Of a stretch of 64,000 nt of DNA, positions 23,757 through 36,520 are shown piece by piece; position 1 is the stretch's first letter, and every line of letters begins with the position of its first letter. The stretch is taken from NCBI RefSeq assembly GCF_018977255.1, contig NW_024704742.1:4280001-4344000 (forward strand), given 5' to 3'. The notes under the pieces were generated by a model. It was not told the DNA's origin, ran no database searches, and saw nothing but the letters and a program-made list of their open reading frames with translations. The position numbers and the translations under genes were made by a program. This DNA comes from Callorhinchus milii. Its lineage: Eukaryota.

Positions 23757-24130
23757 AGTCCTGTTGCTCAGTGGTTAGAGCCGCTCGCCTTGCAAGCGAA
23801 AGGACCTGGGTTCAATTCCCGGGCAGAGCGAAAAGTTGGGCAAAGTTTCCTTACTCCACATGCCTCTGTTTACCCAGCAGTAAGTCGGAACCTGGTTGTT
23901 AGTCGATTGGTGGACCGCAATTCCAGGGCTAATAATCCCCTCAAAAAACATAATCATTATAATTTGGTCATTCAATCCAACAACTGTTTGTGGGACACTG
24001 CCGTGCGCCATTAGCTGCCACGGTTTGCCCACAAAATATACAGTCACTACGCTTTACAGTATATTCTGTGAAACGCTTTGAGACGTCTCTGTGTAAAGCG
24101 CTATATCAAATGCGAGGATCATTGTTATTA
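23757..24130 (+). mobile_element. tRNA-derived SINE, family A, full length
   Basis: GCTCAGTGG A-box region, GGTTCAATTCC B box, shared tail. Confidence 0.9.
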
Positions 24131-24882
24131 TAGATACCATGTTGCAGATATTAAATATACCTAATATTTGAGATTATCTGACCACACTTGCGGAGTTCAG
24201 AGGTGATTGCGAGTACACGATTTGCGCGGTGATCAGCAGAATTGGCACACTCATTCTGGAAAAGCTGGCAAAAAAAAATCAGGGAGTTTGTTGTTATTTT
24301 GAAAATTATTTTACCGTTCCACTTTCACCAAAAACGTCAGGGCTTTAAGGGTGAAAATCAGTAAAACATGATTTTAAAGAATGCTCTTTATCTGAGCTTC
24401 TTAGAACTCAGTGCTGGAATGGACAGTGCTATTTCAACGCTCTCAACACATACCCAATCACAATGATATCAGTTGTTATTAGGAACCTCACAATTGCTAG
24501 TGTATCCTCCCAACCTGACTGATAATATCCTACCTGTCCTAGGTTTTTAGAAAGAAAATCGCAGTAAATTGCAAGTTATTGGATGCTTGTAAGTGACGCC
24601 TTGTTGTTAATGTGTACCTTCTTGTGCACAAAGCTGTGCAGTTGTATTGAAATTGTCATCTGGGCGGTAAAACATAAATTAACATTAGCATCTACCCATC
24701 GCCCCTTGTGCTGAGAGGGTAATTTTGGGGGTGCAGAAGGGATAATCATTTCCCCCTCTCATCATGCCCTGGAGCCTCTCTAAAATTCATCTTTAGAGTT
24801 TAGCAATTCAGAATCTGCCGCTACAAGTAGTTCTTTTATATTTGAAACTTCCAAACAAAAAGAGTGCGAAATAAGTTGATTC

Positions 24883-25145
24883 GTTTACCCAGCATTAAGT
24901 AGGAACCCGGTTCTTAGTCGATTGGCTGATCTCTTTTACAGGGGTAATAGTCCCGTAAAACAAGTAATAATTTGTTTATTCAATCCACGACTGTTTGTGG
25001 GGACGTTGCTGTGCGCAATTGGCTGCCACGTTTCGTCCACAAAATACACAGTCAATTCACTTTACAGTAGTCTGTGAAGTGCTCGGGGACGTCTCGAAGA
25101 CGTAATAAGGAAGGCGCTACATCAAATGCAAGGATTATTATTATT
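24883..25145 (+). mobile_element. SINE family A, 5'-truncated
   Basis: Body and tail match the full-length copies. Confidence 0.85.
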
Positions 25146-26095
25146 AGCATGTTCCCTACCTTGTCCATCGTTGATTTGAATACATCCACAGAGGCCATTG
25201 TAGTATTCAGCCTCGATCAGATTAGGGTAGATCTAAAGCTTGATGGGTGGATTAACCTCTAATTACTTACTACCTGTTTAAGCAATTACTGAAACGCACG
25301 CTGATTGTTATTATGGATACATTTTTCCGTATAACAATTGCCGTTTTTGAACCTCTCACACGGCCTCTGCATTTCTAAGGAATTCAATACCTCAAATGAA
25401 TTTCACTAATATAACCTGGGTTTTTGAAGTCTGACGAGTATTATGATAAATAGATTTTGCATTGTAATACAAAATTGAAATCTAAAATTTAAAACGGCAG
25501 TAGAAAGCCCATAGAATGCGATGTAATTAAAGTAATAAATCAACAAAAGGTACTTATTCATTACATTTTCTGCACCATTAGGCAGTGAGGATTTTTCTAA
25601 AGTTTTTTTTTTTCTTTTCTTTTAATTCCCTTTCCTCGGCTTCTCTTTGTGTGGAGATTGTGCCAATGGTGTGCAGTGCACTCTCTGTGACTCAGCTTTT
25701 TGGAATGACCAAAAAGTCCCGATACCATTACAATGTCTAATAAGTCTTAAAGAATTGATGATATATTTTTTAGATAATAGGGTAGTTGTCACGACTTTTT
25801 GGTCACCCTGTATAATCTTTAGTATCGCAGTAAATGACAGCATTCTGCTTCTGTGTTGCTACCATTGTGAGCACAGCAGTGTTTTAAAACAGCTAAGAAC
25901 ACCTTTTCAGAGGGTTTTCTCCTATACCTCTTGAACTCCACCGTATTTAGTACAGCAGCATTTTTTGCTACAAAAAGTCTCTCCTTCTCTCTGGAAAGTT
26001 CTGATTGAGACTGAGGTTAAGATTTTATGGGCATTTATGGGATGAATCCTCCAATAATTCACAATAATAAGAGGCAAGTCCCAATGTTTCAACCT

Positions 26096-26210
26096 TAATA
26101 ATAATAATAATAATCCTTGCATTTCATATATCGCCTGATTATGTCGTCAAGACGTCTCGAAGCAATTCACAGGTTATACTGTGAAGTGGTTTTGACTGTG
26201 AGTGTCCACA
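26096..26210 (-). mobile_element. SINE 3' tail fragment
   Basis: (AAT)n TCCTTGCATTT tail. Confidence 0.8.
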
Positions 26211-26497
26211 GGTTGCTTGACCATGGCGGGTGTGGGAGCGAAGCATTTTGGCTAAGTCTGAAGGTATCAGCACCTTATCCTCAGACGTGTGTGGTTGTCA
26301 TCCATGCGTTAAAAACATTGTTGGGGCTTAAGTGGAATTACGGGTGGTACGCATCGGGACCCATTCATGAGGCCATTTGGGTACCATTCATGTGTGTGTG
26401 GGGGGGGGGGGGGGGGGGGGGGCTCTGGAAATTTCCAGGTTTCCCGTGTACTCTGCTTGTGCATCTGTTTGAACCGTTGATGTGTCACTCCCCGCAG

Positions 26498-26629
26498 CAC
26501 CAAGTACAGTGCCGGTGACCTCCGTCTCCTCGGTTTCCAATGATCCGGCAGGCTCTTCCTACTCCATCAGCGGAATCCTGGGAATCACGGCCTCCAGTGC
26601 AGAGAATAACAAGAGAAAACGCGATGAAG
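26498..26629 (+). CDS. pax5: Pax5 exon 5 with octapeptide YSISGILG and basic KRKRDE motif
   Basis: 132 nt. ccgcag| acceptor, AAG|gtaagt donor. YSISGILG is the Pax5 form of the octapeptide (Pax2 has YSINGILG). Confidence 0.96.
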
Positions 26630-27012
26630 GTAAGTGGAATTATTTCAGACTACACAAGACCTTACTGTTGTTGAGCTGTGTGGAGCTCTGGAATTTCAAT
26701 GAGACGATGACGTTGCTGGTATTAGGTTACAATAAAATGGTCGCATTTAAAACATTGCTTCTTTGTGTTGGTGAGTGTGCAACTTATGGAGTATAATTTG
26801 TGTTATAATTATGTTAAACTAGCAACAAATCAGACCGGTTACAAAATGTATGAGTCAATGTGAAAGCTTTGAAATCAAAAACTAATTTGATTAAAAACTA
26901 GGATTAAAAAATACAAATCGAAATTACAAAAATTCACAGAAAACTCTAAAAACAAAATAAAGGGAAACCTGTAAATATTAAGTTTTTTCAATTGAGTTTA
27001 GACTACTACATT

Positions 27013-27205
27013 TTCAGGAGGACGTTAAAGACCCCATGGCACTATTCGACAAGAGAAAGGGGTTTCTCCTGGTGTCCTGGCCAATAATCCCCCAATAAAA
27101 ATTAGTCACTCATTCTATGGCTATTTGTGGGACATTGCTGTCCACAAATTGGTTGTCACATTTTTCCTACAGAATATACAGTCAATCCACTTTACAGTAT
27201 ATCCT
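27013..27205 (+). mobile_element. Deu-domain SINE, internal/3' fragment
   Basis: GGACGTTAAAGACCCCATGGCACTATTCG...GGTGTCCTGGCCAATAATCCCC. Confidence 0.8.
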
Positions 27206-30200
27206 CTAAGTGAATGACTGTGTTAAAGTGCAAAAAATATTGTTATTTTGTTTTTGTGGTTTTAAATATATTATTTAATTATAAATATATTCGTTTTTTC
27301 CCTTTATTTAGTTTTCCATTTTTTTCCACAATGAAGTTTACATGCAGTTTGAGTATAACCCAAATTATCTTCCGTAGAAAACTTACTGCTATCAATGCTA
27401 ATTGTACAATGCAGGTCATGACTGCACAGGCTTAAGTTATGTTTTTGAGGGGAGATGGGTGATTCATTGAGGCAGAAAAGAAATATAAAGCTATGGATAT
27501 TGTGCCATTTAATTGTTTTATCACTGATGCACAATGCTGTACAATTGTTCAGTTCTCCTTTTCTCTGTGTTTTGTCACATTTATTTTAGCTGTGCTCTGT
27601 GATGTGTTATGATGCCCAAACTTTTGAAGCGTTTTCAGCTACTCGTGAGAAACTCCACATTCATCTTTACGTTGAGCTGCCAGTCAATTGAAAGACTGTC
27701 GGTGGAGTTAATAGGGTGCCAGTGATAGTTAAGCTTATAGGCGTGTTTACTGAATTGCTGAAGATTGGGAGGAGAAAGCTGAAGTGAGGTCAATCCCAAA
27801 TTCCAATCAGTATTGGAAGGTTCATCCTTCTGTATTGGACTTGATTCTTGTGTTTTTCTAAGGTGTTGCCTTCAATGTTGGCGAGCCCTATAGGATGAGT
27901 GCTGATGTGATGAGAATCAAATAACAGATGCCTTTATGTGCTTGCTGCAAGCAGAAACCCACTGAATGCTCTAACCATTGATGGTCGAATGTTCTGGTTA
28001 CATTTGCAAGATGCTCTTGAAGTGGAGTGAATGTTATTGATCCTTAATCCTTCACTATAGTATATTGAACATAGTTTCTGGATGACATATTAACAATCTA
28101 CTGTATATTTATAACAAGGACTCACTTCGGCAGGAATTTTGTGCAACGTCCAGTGTTGCAGAAAGAGAATCCAGTGATATCTATACGCAGCTACAGACTA
28201 TGAATATATAAAGCTGCAAATTGTTAAAATTACTACTTTGAACAAAAGGTTGAAAGGACATTAGTAATTTTGCCATGTGCAAATATTCTTAATATGGGCA
28301 GATGTTATGATCTAATAATTTTAGGGGCATTTACTATATTTGTCAATGAATCTAAAAACATCTATAATAGTAGTGTAACTGAATATATGCTGCTGGAAGT
28401 TCTTTCCAATCACAACGTCCCATCTCTTTCAACTCACGACTGGATTTCTAGCCAGTTGCTGCTCGTGACACTGAAGTGGCTGTGTAAAGTAAAATGTGTT
28501 AATATTGTTAAAAAATCTGTCTCTCAGTGGCCTGAAAGAATACGAGTAAACCAGCACAGCGCATGGAAAGAGTTAAGTGCATTGCTCCTGAGTTGGTTTA
28601 TTTCTGCATTATGAATATCATGCGTTCCTCTGCCCTGCCTGTCTGTCAGATCAGTGCAGGCTTTGAATGGGATAGGTTAGACCTGGAGACCAAACAGTGA
28701 TGAAATATGAATAATGTTGGAATCAATCTGAAGGCCAAATGTATTTTATATTTATGAATATTTATAGTGGTAGATTTGCTTGGACATGGCCAGGTTTACA
28801 TAGAAAATAATGGGAATGAACTTGAGACTCTTGTTCGGTTAAACAAGTTACGTGATTAACTGTAATGCAAATGCATGTAAATGAGAAGAGTTGCAATTTA
28901 TTATGTTTGGAAATCTGGCTAACCTCCAGGGCAGCTTCGTAAAAGAAAAGCAAACCCACGTTCAGGTAAAATAAAAACAATTAATAGATTAATAGGCATA
29001 CAAATCAAGGTTTGTGTCATCAAAAAGTTGCTCTTCATTTGGTTTGAGGCTTGTGAGAGTTGCTGAAGATATATGCTCTATAGTTCGATGGGTTATATTT
29101 GTTCGGAGGTAGTCATTTCAGAATGGGAATAACAGCCTGCTGAAGTTTGGTGGTTAATGTGCAGTTAATATTACTGATAAGGACATCTTCATGTGTTTGT
29201 ATGAGTTTGTCCCATGGACTGTGGTAGGATGAAGTAAGACTGTCCTATGCACCTTATGTTAAGACGTTGTTGTGCCTCCAGAGTGTATTGAGAAGAAACT
29301 TTATTTTTAAACAAACCTTTAAAAATATTGTTTTTAAATGGAAAACATAGATTTAAGGCAACCTAAAAGCATGTTAAGATTACTGAAGTGTTTCATATCC
29401 TAACCATAAAACACTGTAAAGTGTATTTATGGTTGTAGCTGTTAACATATTCTAAAACAGGGTCTCACAATGCTCACCTCCAGTCATTGCTCACAATATC
29501 TGTGTTGCTGTAATTGGACATTTTGATGCTAATAGCGAGGCTCACTAAACTCTTGCGTTGTCAGCAATACCATCAACACAAGCAAAAGCTTCTGTTTTAC
29601 AGTTCAGTAGCACTGGGCTTCCAGTACCCAAATGGGACACTTTCGATTTATTTCATCACCTTTTTTTACGACTAGGTTTCTTTTTTTTTCACAAGTATGT
29701 TTCTTATTGACAAATTTACTCGTACGTGCTTCAGCTCGCCAAACGTCTTATCAGAGAAACCTGAAGAATTTAATGAACATTATTATCACCACACTGGAAA
29801 GCTTTACATATCAGCAACTAACATTAACAAACAGCGAGTGCAGTCATTTTCAGTGCAGAGTATTGGACGAGCAAGCTGTAATCTAAGTAACTTCAGGGAC
29901 TTTGGAATTTTTCCCGTATTACTTAATGAGCTCACAGCTCATTAACCAGTGGGTATAAAACTTTCCCTGAGCTTTGTTACATACAAATTATTCAAATGGC
30001 AATTTAGAAACTCTTTGAACAGGAGACGATGAAATATAACCTGCACGGCTGACAAAACGATCCTTACAAGCGTGAAAGAAAAACGACTGCGCAGAAGATC
30101 CTGACAAAAGTTCAGATGAAAAATCTGCAACTTTGGTGTTAATCAACTCCACGTACCCAAAAATAAATGGACTTAACCCCTTGTCTGTGCTGAGCTGATC

Positions 30201-30962
30201 TCAATTGGAGGGCAATGACCGATCGCAGCAGTGTAATGGACACAGCCAGACAACAACAGCCACTGCATTCGCAATCCAGTGACCCCCCTGCTGGAAAGTA
30301 CATGTATGTGGACATTAAGCAAGTGCAGGATCGGTCCTTTGCTGTGATTCCCTTCCTCTCAAACACTGCTGATACCCCACTGTTCAGGCTCATAATTTGT
30401 GAGACGCCGAAGGGCCATGCAGCTGAATAAGTCACTGCCTTCGGCAGAAGATGGGAGAAAGGAGGAGAAAATTAAGGGGGGGAAAAAATTCAATTATAGT
30501 TTGTACATTTGCATACTATTACGATAGCTATTTACTGTGTACGTTGATGGAGAGATATTTATGTCTGCCTGCCCGCTTGCAGTGGCTGTTAGCACACACC
30601 GTGTCCTTGATGTGCGATGACATTCACCAAAGGTTAACAATATCTCATGATATCATTGCTGCAGGGTTTGTAGAGGAATAATATGAGGTCAGGGACAGAG
30701 AGTTCAGTCTCCCACATATATTGTTAGTAGCTCTGCATCGGGAATAACAGAGATATAAGACGAGTCCTGGCTAAATTCTGGAATAGGAAGCATACGAAAG
30801 CCACATTGATAGACTGTATATCAGTTCCAGTGTGGAGTGATCTGATGTTTAATATTCAGCACTGACTTGTGTTCAGCCACTATTACTTGAATCTGCATCT
30901 ATTGTTAAGTGAATTAGTGAAGGAATTCAGGTATGAGTTTCAGACCAGCTGTGGTCTTACTT

Positions 30963-31083
30963 CTAATAATATATAATAATAATCCTTGCATTTGATATAT
31001 CGCCTCATCATATGTTCGAGACATCTCAAAGTGCTTCACAGAGTATACTACAGAGTGAATTGACTGTATACTTTGTGGGCAAA
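30963..31083 (-). mobile_element. SINE 3' tail fragment
   Basis: Same tail. Confidence 0.8.
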
Positions 31084-31262
31084 AACTTGTCCTTGTTACT
31101 CTTTTGTTGGTACTGTCATCTGGACAACAATTACAATTTGCACTTATATAGACAGTTGCATTCATACTTATATTCATTTAGGGAGAACGTCTCAAATTAC
31201 TTACGGAAACTGAGTGGGAGCCCAAACTGGGAGTCAACAGGAAGACTGTGGGCAAAGTTGTC

Positions 31263-31546
31263 ATAATGATAATGATAATAATAATTGTTGCATTTGATAT
31301 AGTGCCTTATTGTGTCATTGAGACGTCTCAAAGAGCCTTCACAGAATATACTGTAAAGTGGATTGACTGTGCATAGCAGTGTCCCACAAACAGTCGTGGA
31401 TTGAGTGACCAAATTATTATTATTCTCATTTATTTTAAGCGATCATTCCCCCAGAAAGCGATCCGCCAATTGACTAACAACCGGGTTCCTACTTAATGCT
31501 AGGTAAACAGAGCCGAATGGAGTAAGGAAACTTGCCCAAGGTTTCG
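31263..31546 (-). mobile_element. SINE family A lacking the tRNA head
   Basis: Tail and body are present up to CTTGCCCAAGGTTTCG, then L2-like sequence follows. Confidence 0.85.
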
Positions 31547-31675
31547 TAGTCAAAGAGAAAGGTTTTTAGAAGGGTTTTCAAAGCTGAGAGGGAGAGGGAT
31601 TTGGGAAGAGGATTTTGGGGGTGTGGGCCGGGAGGCAAAGTGGCTGAAAGCTCACCCACTGAGCACCCGCCCTCG
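31547..31675 (-). mobile_element. L2-like ORF2 C-terminal fragment
   Basis: LPKSLSLSALKTLLKTFLFD on the minus strand, similar to the 44.7 kb remnant. Confidence 0.6.
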
Positions 31676-33869
31676 TACAATATTTTGTCCTGTATTTACA
31701 GAGGCTCATCACTAGTTGCTAGGCGTGAGAGCTGTAGTTGACCAGGAGAATCTCTGCTGTTTCCTGTCCCGCTGGGGTTTGAACCAGAGGAACTGCAGTG
31801 TTTCTGTCTGGATACACTTGCTCCTTGTGTATTTACATGCACTTGATTGTTACCAGCTTAGCTGCAGGTTTAACCCAGTGGGTCACAGGACGTGTTACAG
31901 GGATAAACTAAAGGCAAAGTCTGCATGGTCTTTGCATGAACTAAAGAATATTTTTTCCTTTCTGTTTCCTGGAGTAAATGGACTTAGAGCAGATGTTATG
32001 CCTTGGTGGGAGATCTGTTGCTGAGTCTAAGCGCAGGGACATCTGTCATGGACTGTTAGACAAAAGAGGGGGCTTTCGCTCATCATCTCCACAGCTTATA
32101 GGGAAGAGAGATTTTGGATGAGACTTGATGGGAAACTTCTCCTAATTTATGCAGCCCATTTACCCCTGACTATTTCAGTGGCGTTAGGAGTTCTTTCTTC
32201 ACTCCATTTCCCAATAATTAATGTAGCAGCATGACCAGAATCACTTAGTCCTGTAAAAACAACATCATTCACACTCTCTGTCAACAGAACCTCCGAGCTT
32301 GACTGAAAGTTTATTTTCTAAAACAGTGGATTTGACTTTGAACAGGACACCCTGTGGCACGTGAGAAAGGTTGTTGGAGCACAGCGGTTATCATGTCCAC
32401 GGATTCTGTAATTGTATCAGTCTCAGTGACTGGAGGGCCCGAGGTGAAGCTTTCCTTTGTCATTAATCACCTGCTTGAAATATTGGGGCAAACAAGAACA
32501 ACATGGTCCACAGGCAGTGAAATCCTCACTTTGTCCCTGTGTAGCCTGTCAGAGATCATGAATAGAGCTTTGTTTGCCTCAGGGTCAGGATTTGTAAAGA
32601 GCTCATTAATAGATAATGAAGTTTTTGGGGTGATATAAACAATGCCGGGACTTTGGTCATTGTTGAACGGATCTGGCTGCTGAAAGAGCAACTGGGTGGC
32701 AAACAGGGGCCTCACTCTCAGTTGTGTTGCTATGACTTTGATCCCTTTGAGTGTTTGTTTCCGCTCGGAGTCTGTCAGCTACTCACTGATGCTGCGGCGG
32801 TGCCAGTCTCAGACACTGAGATCCTTCCCATGAATACATTCTGAGAAACCTTCCCCGCCCCCACCAAAAAAAAAAGAGATCGTTTAACTCTTTCTCTGCC
32901 AAAGAGGTAGGACGTCCACATGGGCTGGGAGAAGAAAAGACGGAAGTTATCATCTTTAAGGGAGAATCACGAACGAGTTTCTGTGAAACTGCACATTTAT
33001 TTTTGGATTGTGTTTTTGGAATTAAAATTCACAAGATCATAAGAGGTGAAGAAGGCCCTTCGGCTCATTTGATCTCATCCTTTAGAAATACCCACCCTCT
33101 CATCTTCCCATCCCAGCATCAAGCTGTTCCTAAAATGAGTCCAGTATCCCAACCTCATCCACCTTTTGATTACCCTCTGTGTCAATAATATTCATACAAA
33201 TAATAAGTTCGTTTGACACAGCATCACACTGAAATGTTTCAATGTGATCACACAGTTTCCTGTAAACTGTAGTGACTATGCATTTGTGTTTGCAATACTT
33301 CCTGGTCTTTGTCCTGATTTGTTTTGCGAGCTTGAACATGTGCCGTCTTGTGCTTAGAGTGAAGAGTTATATATATATATATATATATATATATGTAACT
33401 CCTGCTTTTGCTGCAGTGGATCCACATTTCAAACCCACATGTCACTTAGAAAGCAGTTTGCTGTGTAAAGGTTGAGGAATACTTTCCATCAGTGGATAAC
33501 ACAAAACTCCGCCCTGACTTAAAGAGAAACTAGAGACAAAACAACTGAAAAGCATATAACAGGAGCTCTCACCTACAATAATAATAATATGAATAAATAC
33601 AAATATAATAATGATAATACCATCCATTATTATCCACAATGTAAAATAAGAATTCAATATATTTTTTAAATAGATCTTTCTTTCTCTCCAGTGTCCTTTC
33701 CCCTCCTTTAAACAAAGATGCTGGAGGCAGCTCATACTGTGAGTCTATCATTTTATTAGAGTTGACATCACTGTGCTGGGTTAAATAGCACATCTCTCCC
33801 GCACACACACACACACACACACACACACTATTCCTTCACCTCTCTTTTTCTCCCACATGTTTCAACTTT

Positions 33870-34112
33870 AAGTTGGAATCTGATTGTTTGTTGATTGGCG
33901 GATCGCTTTTCTGGGGGTAATGTGCCTTCAAAAGTAGATATAAATAAAAACGAAACAATAATTTGGTCACTCAATCCCTCTGTGACTGTTTGTGGGACAC
34001 TGCTGTGCTAAGCAATATACAGTCAATTCAGTTAACAGTACCTTCTGTGAAGCACTCTGACATTTCGAAGACGTGATAACGTGTGATATCAAATGCAAGG
34101 ATTATTGTTATT
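33870..34112 (+). mobile_element. SINE family A, 5'-truncated
   Basis: GATTGGCGGATCGCTTTTC body and AAATGCAAGGATTATT tail. Confidence 0.85.
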
Positions 34113-34259
34113 ATAAATTTCAAAAATAGTGAACCATCTAATTTACATCACTTCAGATACCTGTTGAGTCTTGAGGGAGAGGGTACTTTATTTTAATTAT
34201 TTAAATATTTTTCTCTTGCATGCATTTGATAAAATATGAAGAGGAATAATATCAAAGCG

Positions 34260-34385
34260 TTTGGAGATGGAGTAGGAAAATTGGGGTTGGAATGGTTTGT
34301 TCACAGGGGAGCTTGCACAAACGATGGCTTAACGGGCAGAAGGACCTCGTTTGGCGCTTTCTATTTTTTATTATTCTATGATTCA
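34260..34385 (+). mobile_element. Degenerate CR1-like 3' end
   Basis: GGGCAGAAGGACCT motif followed by ATTCTATGATTC. Confidence 0.45.
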
Positions 34386-34644
34386 GGTGACTGTAATAGG
34401 ATTGTCATACACCCACGTTATGATTCTGTAGATTATGATTATGAATTGTAATCTACATGCGTTGAATTGTATATTGAAGGAACGATTTCAAATGTGGTCG
34501 AGATGTTTAATCAGAAAATAACATATATCTTCTTCGCTACTTCAATTCCTGACTAAGAAAGGTTATATTCTGCCGTTCTATACCTTGGGGAACCTAATAG
34601 CGAAGTCACTGTCTGCGCAGCACTAAGTAAAACAGATTAGAAGT

Positions 34645-35030
34645 AATAATAGTGCTTGCATTTGAAACAGAACCTTCTCACGTGCTCAAAACGTCTCAAA
34701 GCACTTCGTAGGATTTTACTGTCATGTGCAGTGAATGTATTTGTAGGTGATTGTGGCAGTCAATTTGAACACAGCAATGTCCCACAAATAGCCATGAAGT
34801 GAATAACTAATCCTATTATTGCCAAGGACACTGGGAAACACTCCTTTGAATATTGCCGTGGGATGCTTTAACAGGGACCTTGGTTTAACACACCATGCGA
34901 TGGATGGCACCTCTAACAATGGAGTTACATGGCCAACAATGAATTGAGCTCAAATCCCCGTTGTAGGGCTGGCGCCCACAACCTTCTAACTCAGCGATGA
35001 GATTGCTACCGACTGAGCCAGGTTAACACC
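34645..35030 (-). mobile_element. Deu-domain SINE, family B
   Basis: Reverse complement of the family B layout (GGTTTAAC...GGCACCTC...CCCACAACCTTCT...GCTACC). Confidence 0.8.
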
Positions 35031-35344
35031 TAGCAGTAGAAGATTTGATTCATGGTTGGCGTTAAATTGCCTGATCTCACCCAGGGCAGTACTTGGGGTT
35101 GGCCTCAGTGACTATGGTTTAGGCAAGGGGGAAATCATTCAGAGTTCCTGCCTTGGGCGCTGTGTGGACACTCGGGTGAGGTCAGTCGCCCGCAAGCTTG
35201 CCCACGGTCACTGTCAAGCACCACACATGCTAACGGCCGCTTGGATGAGCCTGTGAAACCCATACCTCAGTAAAATGATTTTTCAGGAGATTATTGGCAG
35301 AGAGAAAAGAAGAAAGAGAGAAAATTAGATAGATATCTGGGGAG

Positions 35345-35473
35345 GACAAATTTGCAAGGCTATGTGGAGAGAGCGGGGGAGTGGGATTGATTTGGAAGCT
35401 CTTTCAAAAAGCCAGCACAGACACGATGGGCTGAATGGCCTCCTTCTGTGCTGTATAAATCTATGATTCTATG
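35345..35473 (+). mobile_element. CR1-clade LINE 3' UTR remnant
   Basis: GATGGGCTGAATGGCCTCCTTCTGTGCTG...CTATGATTCTATG terminal octamer repeats. Confidence 0.75.
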
Positions 35474-35590
35474 TAGAAACCATTTAGGAAGGGTAGGTTT
35501 ATGAAAATGTTCGATGAATAGAGTGCCACCCTCTTAGTCATCACTGGGTTGCTGGGAGAAGCTTTCGGTGACCGGAAACTTGAAAAGAAA

Positions 35591-35828
35591 AATAATAATA
35601 ATGATAATAATCCTTGCATTTAATATAGCGCCTTATCACTTCTTCGAGACGTCTCAAAGCGCTTCACAGGATATTCTGTGTAAAGTGAATTGACCGTATA
35701 TTTTTGGGCGAATTGCGGCAGCCAATTGCGCACGGCAACATCCAGCAAACAGTCGTGGTTTGAATAAATAAAATTATTATTTGTTTATTTATTTGCTTAT
35801 TTTTTGAAGGGATTATTACCCCCGGAAA
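35591..35828 (-). mobile_element. SINE family A, 3' half
   Basis: (AAT)n tail and matching body. Confidence 0.85.
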
Positions 35829-36020
35829 TGTGAAAAATATTGCGAAGGTTGTAATTTACGTGAGGTAATGTTGCTAAACCATATCCATTTATTTTGGATG
35901 TTGAAGCCCTCTAACACCTAAGTTTGCTTTTGAAAGCTTGACATCTCTCTGTCAATGGCTGTGATTGTATGCGTCCCTGAGTGCACAGCGGTGAAGACTG
36001 ACTGTCAAAACACTTGCAAT

Positions 36021-36520
36021 TATAGAACTTTACAGCACGGAAGGAGGCCATTCGGTTTAACACGTTTGTGTTGGCGCTAGCCCACCTCCCCCTCACTGGA
36101 GGTATCATCCAAATTAATCCCATTCTTCTGCTCTTTCCCCGTACTCTTTAATGTTATTTTCCTCAAGTATTTATCGAATTCCCATTTTAGAATTTGGCAG
36201 GGACTCAGCTTCAACAGTGACGTGTGGTAAAACCTTTCACATACCAACAGCCCTCTGTGTAAGAAGATTTCTTGTAATCTCCCCTTTTTCCTTCTGGCAA
36301 TAATCTTCAGTGTATTCTCTCTTGTTTACTGGCTCACTAATCATGGGAAACAGTCTCTCCTTCCATTTACTCTATCACAGCCATTCATAATTTGGAAAAC
36401 CTCTATTAAATTGCTCCATTAACCTTGTCTTCACTGGTGAAAACCGTCCCAAAATGTTCAAGTCTCTCCTCATATTTGTAATCTCTCAAGCTTGATATGA
36501 TCCTATGAATCTCTGCTTCT
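36021..36520 (-). mobile_element. CR1-clade LINE 3' remnant
   Basis: ACAGCACGGAAGGAGGCCATTCGG 3'-end signature followed by a degenerate CR1 ORF2 end. Confidence 0.7.
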
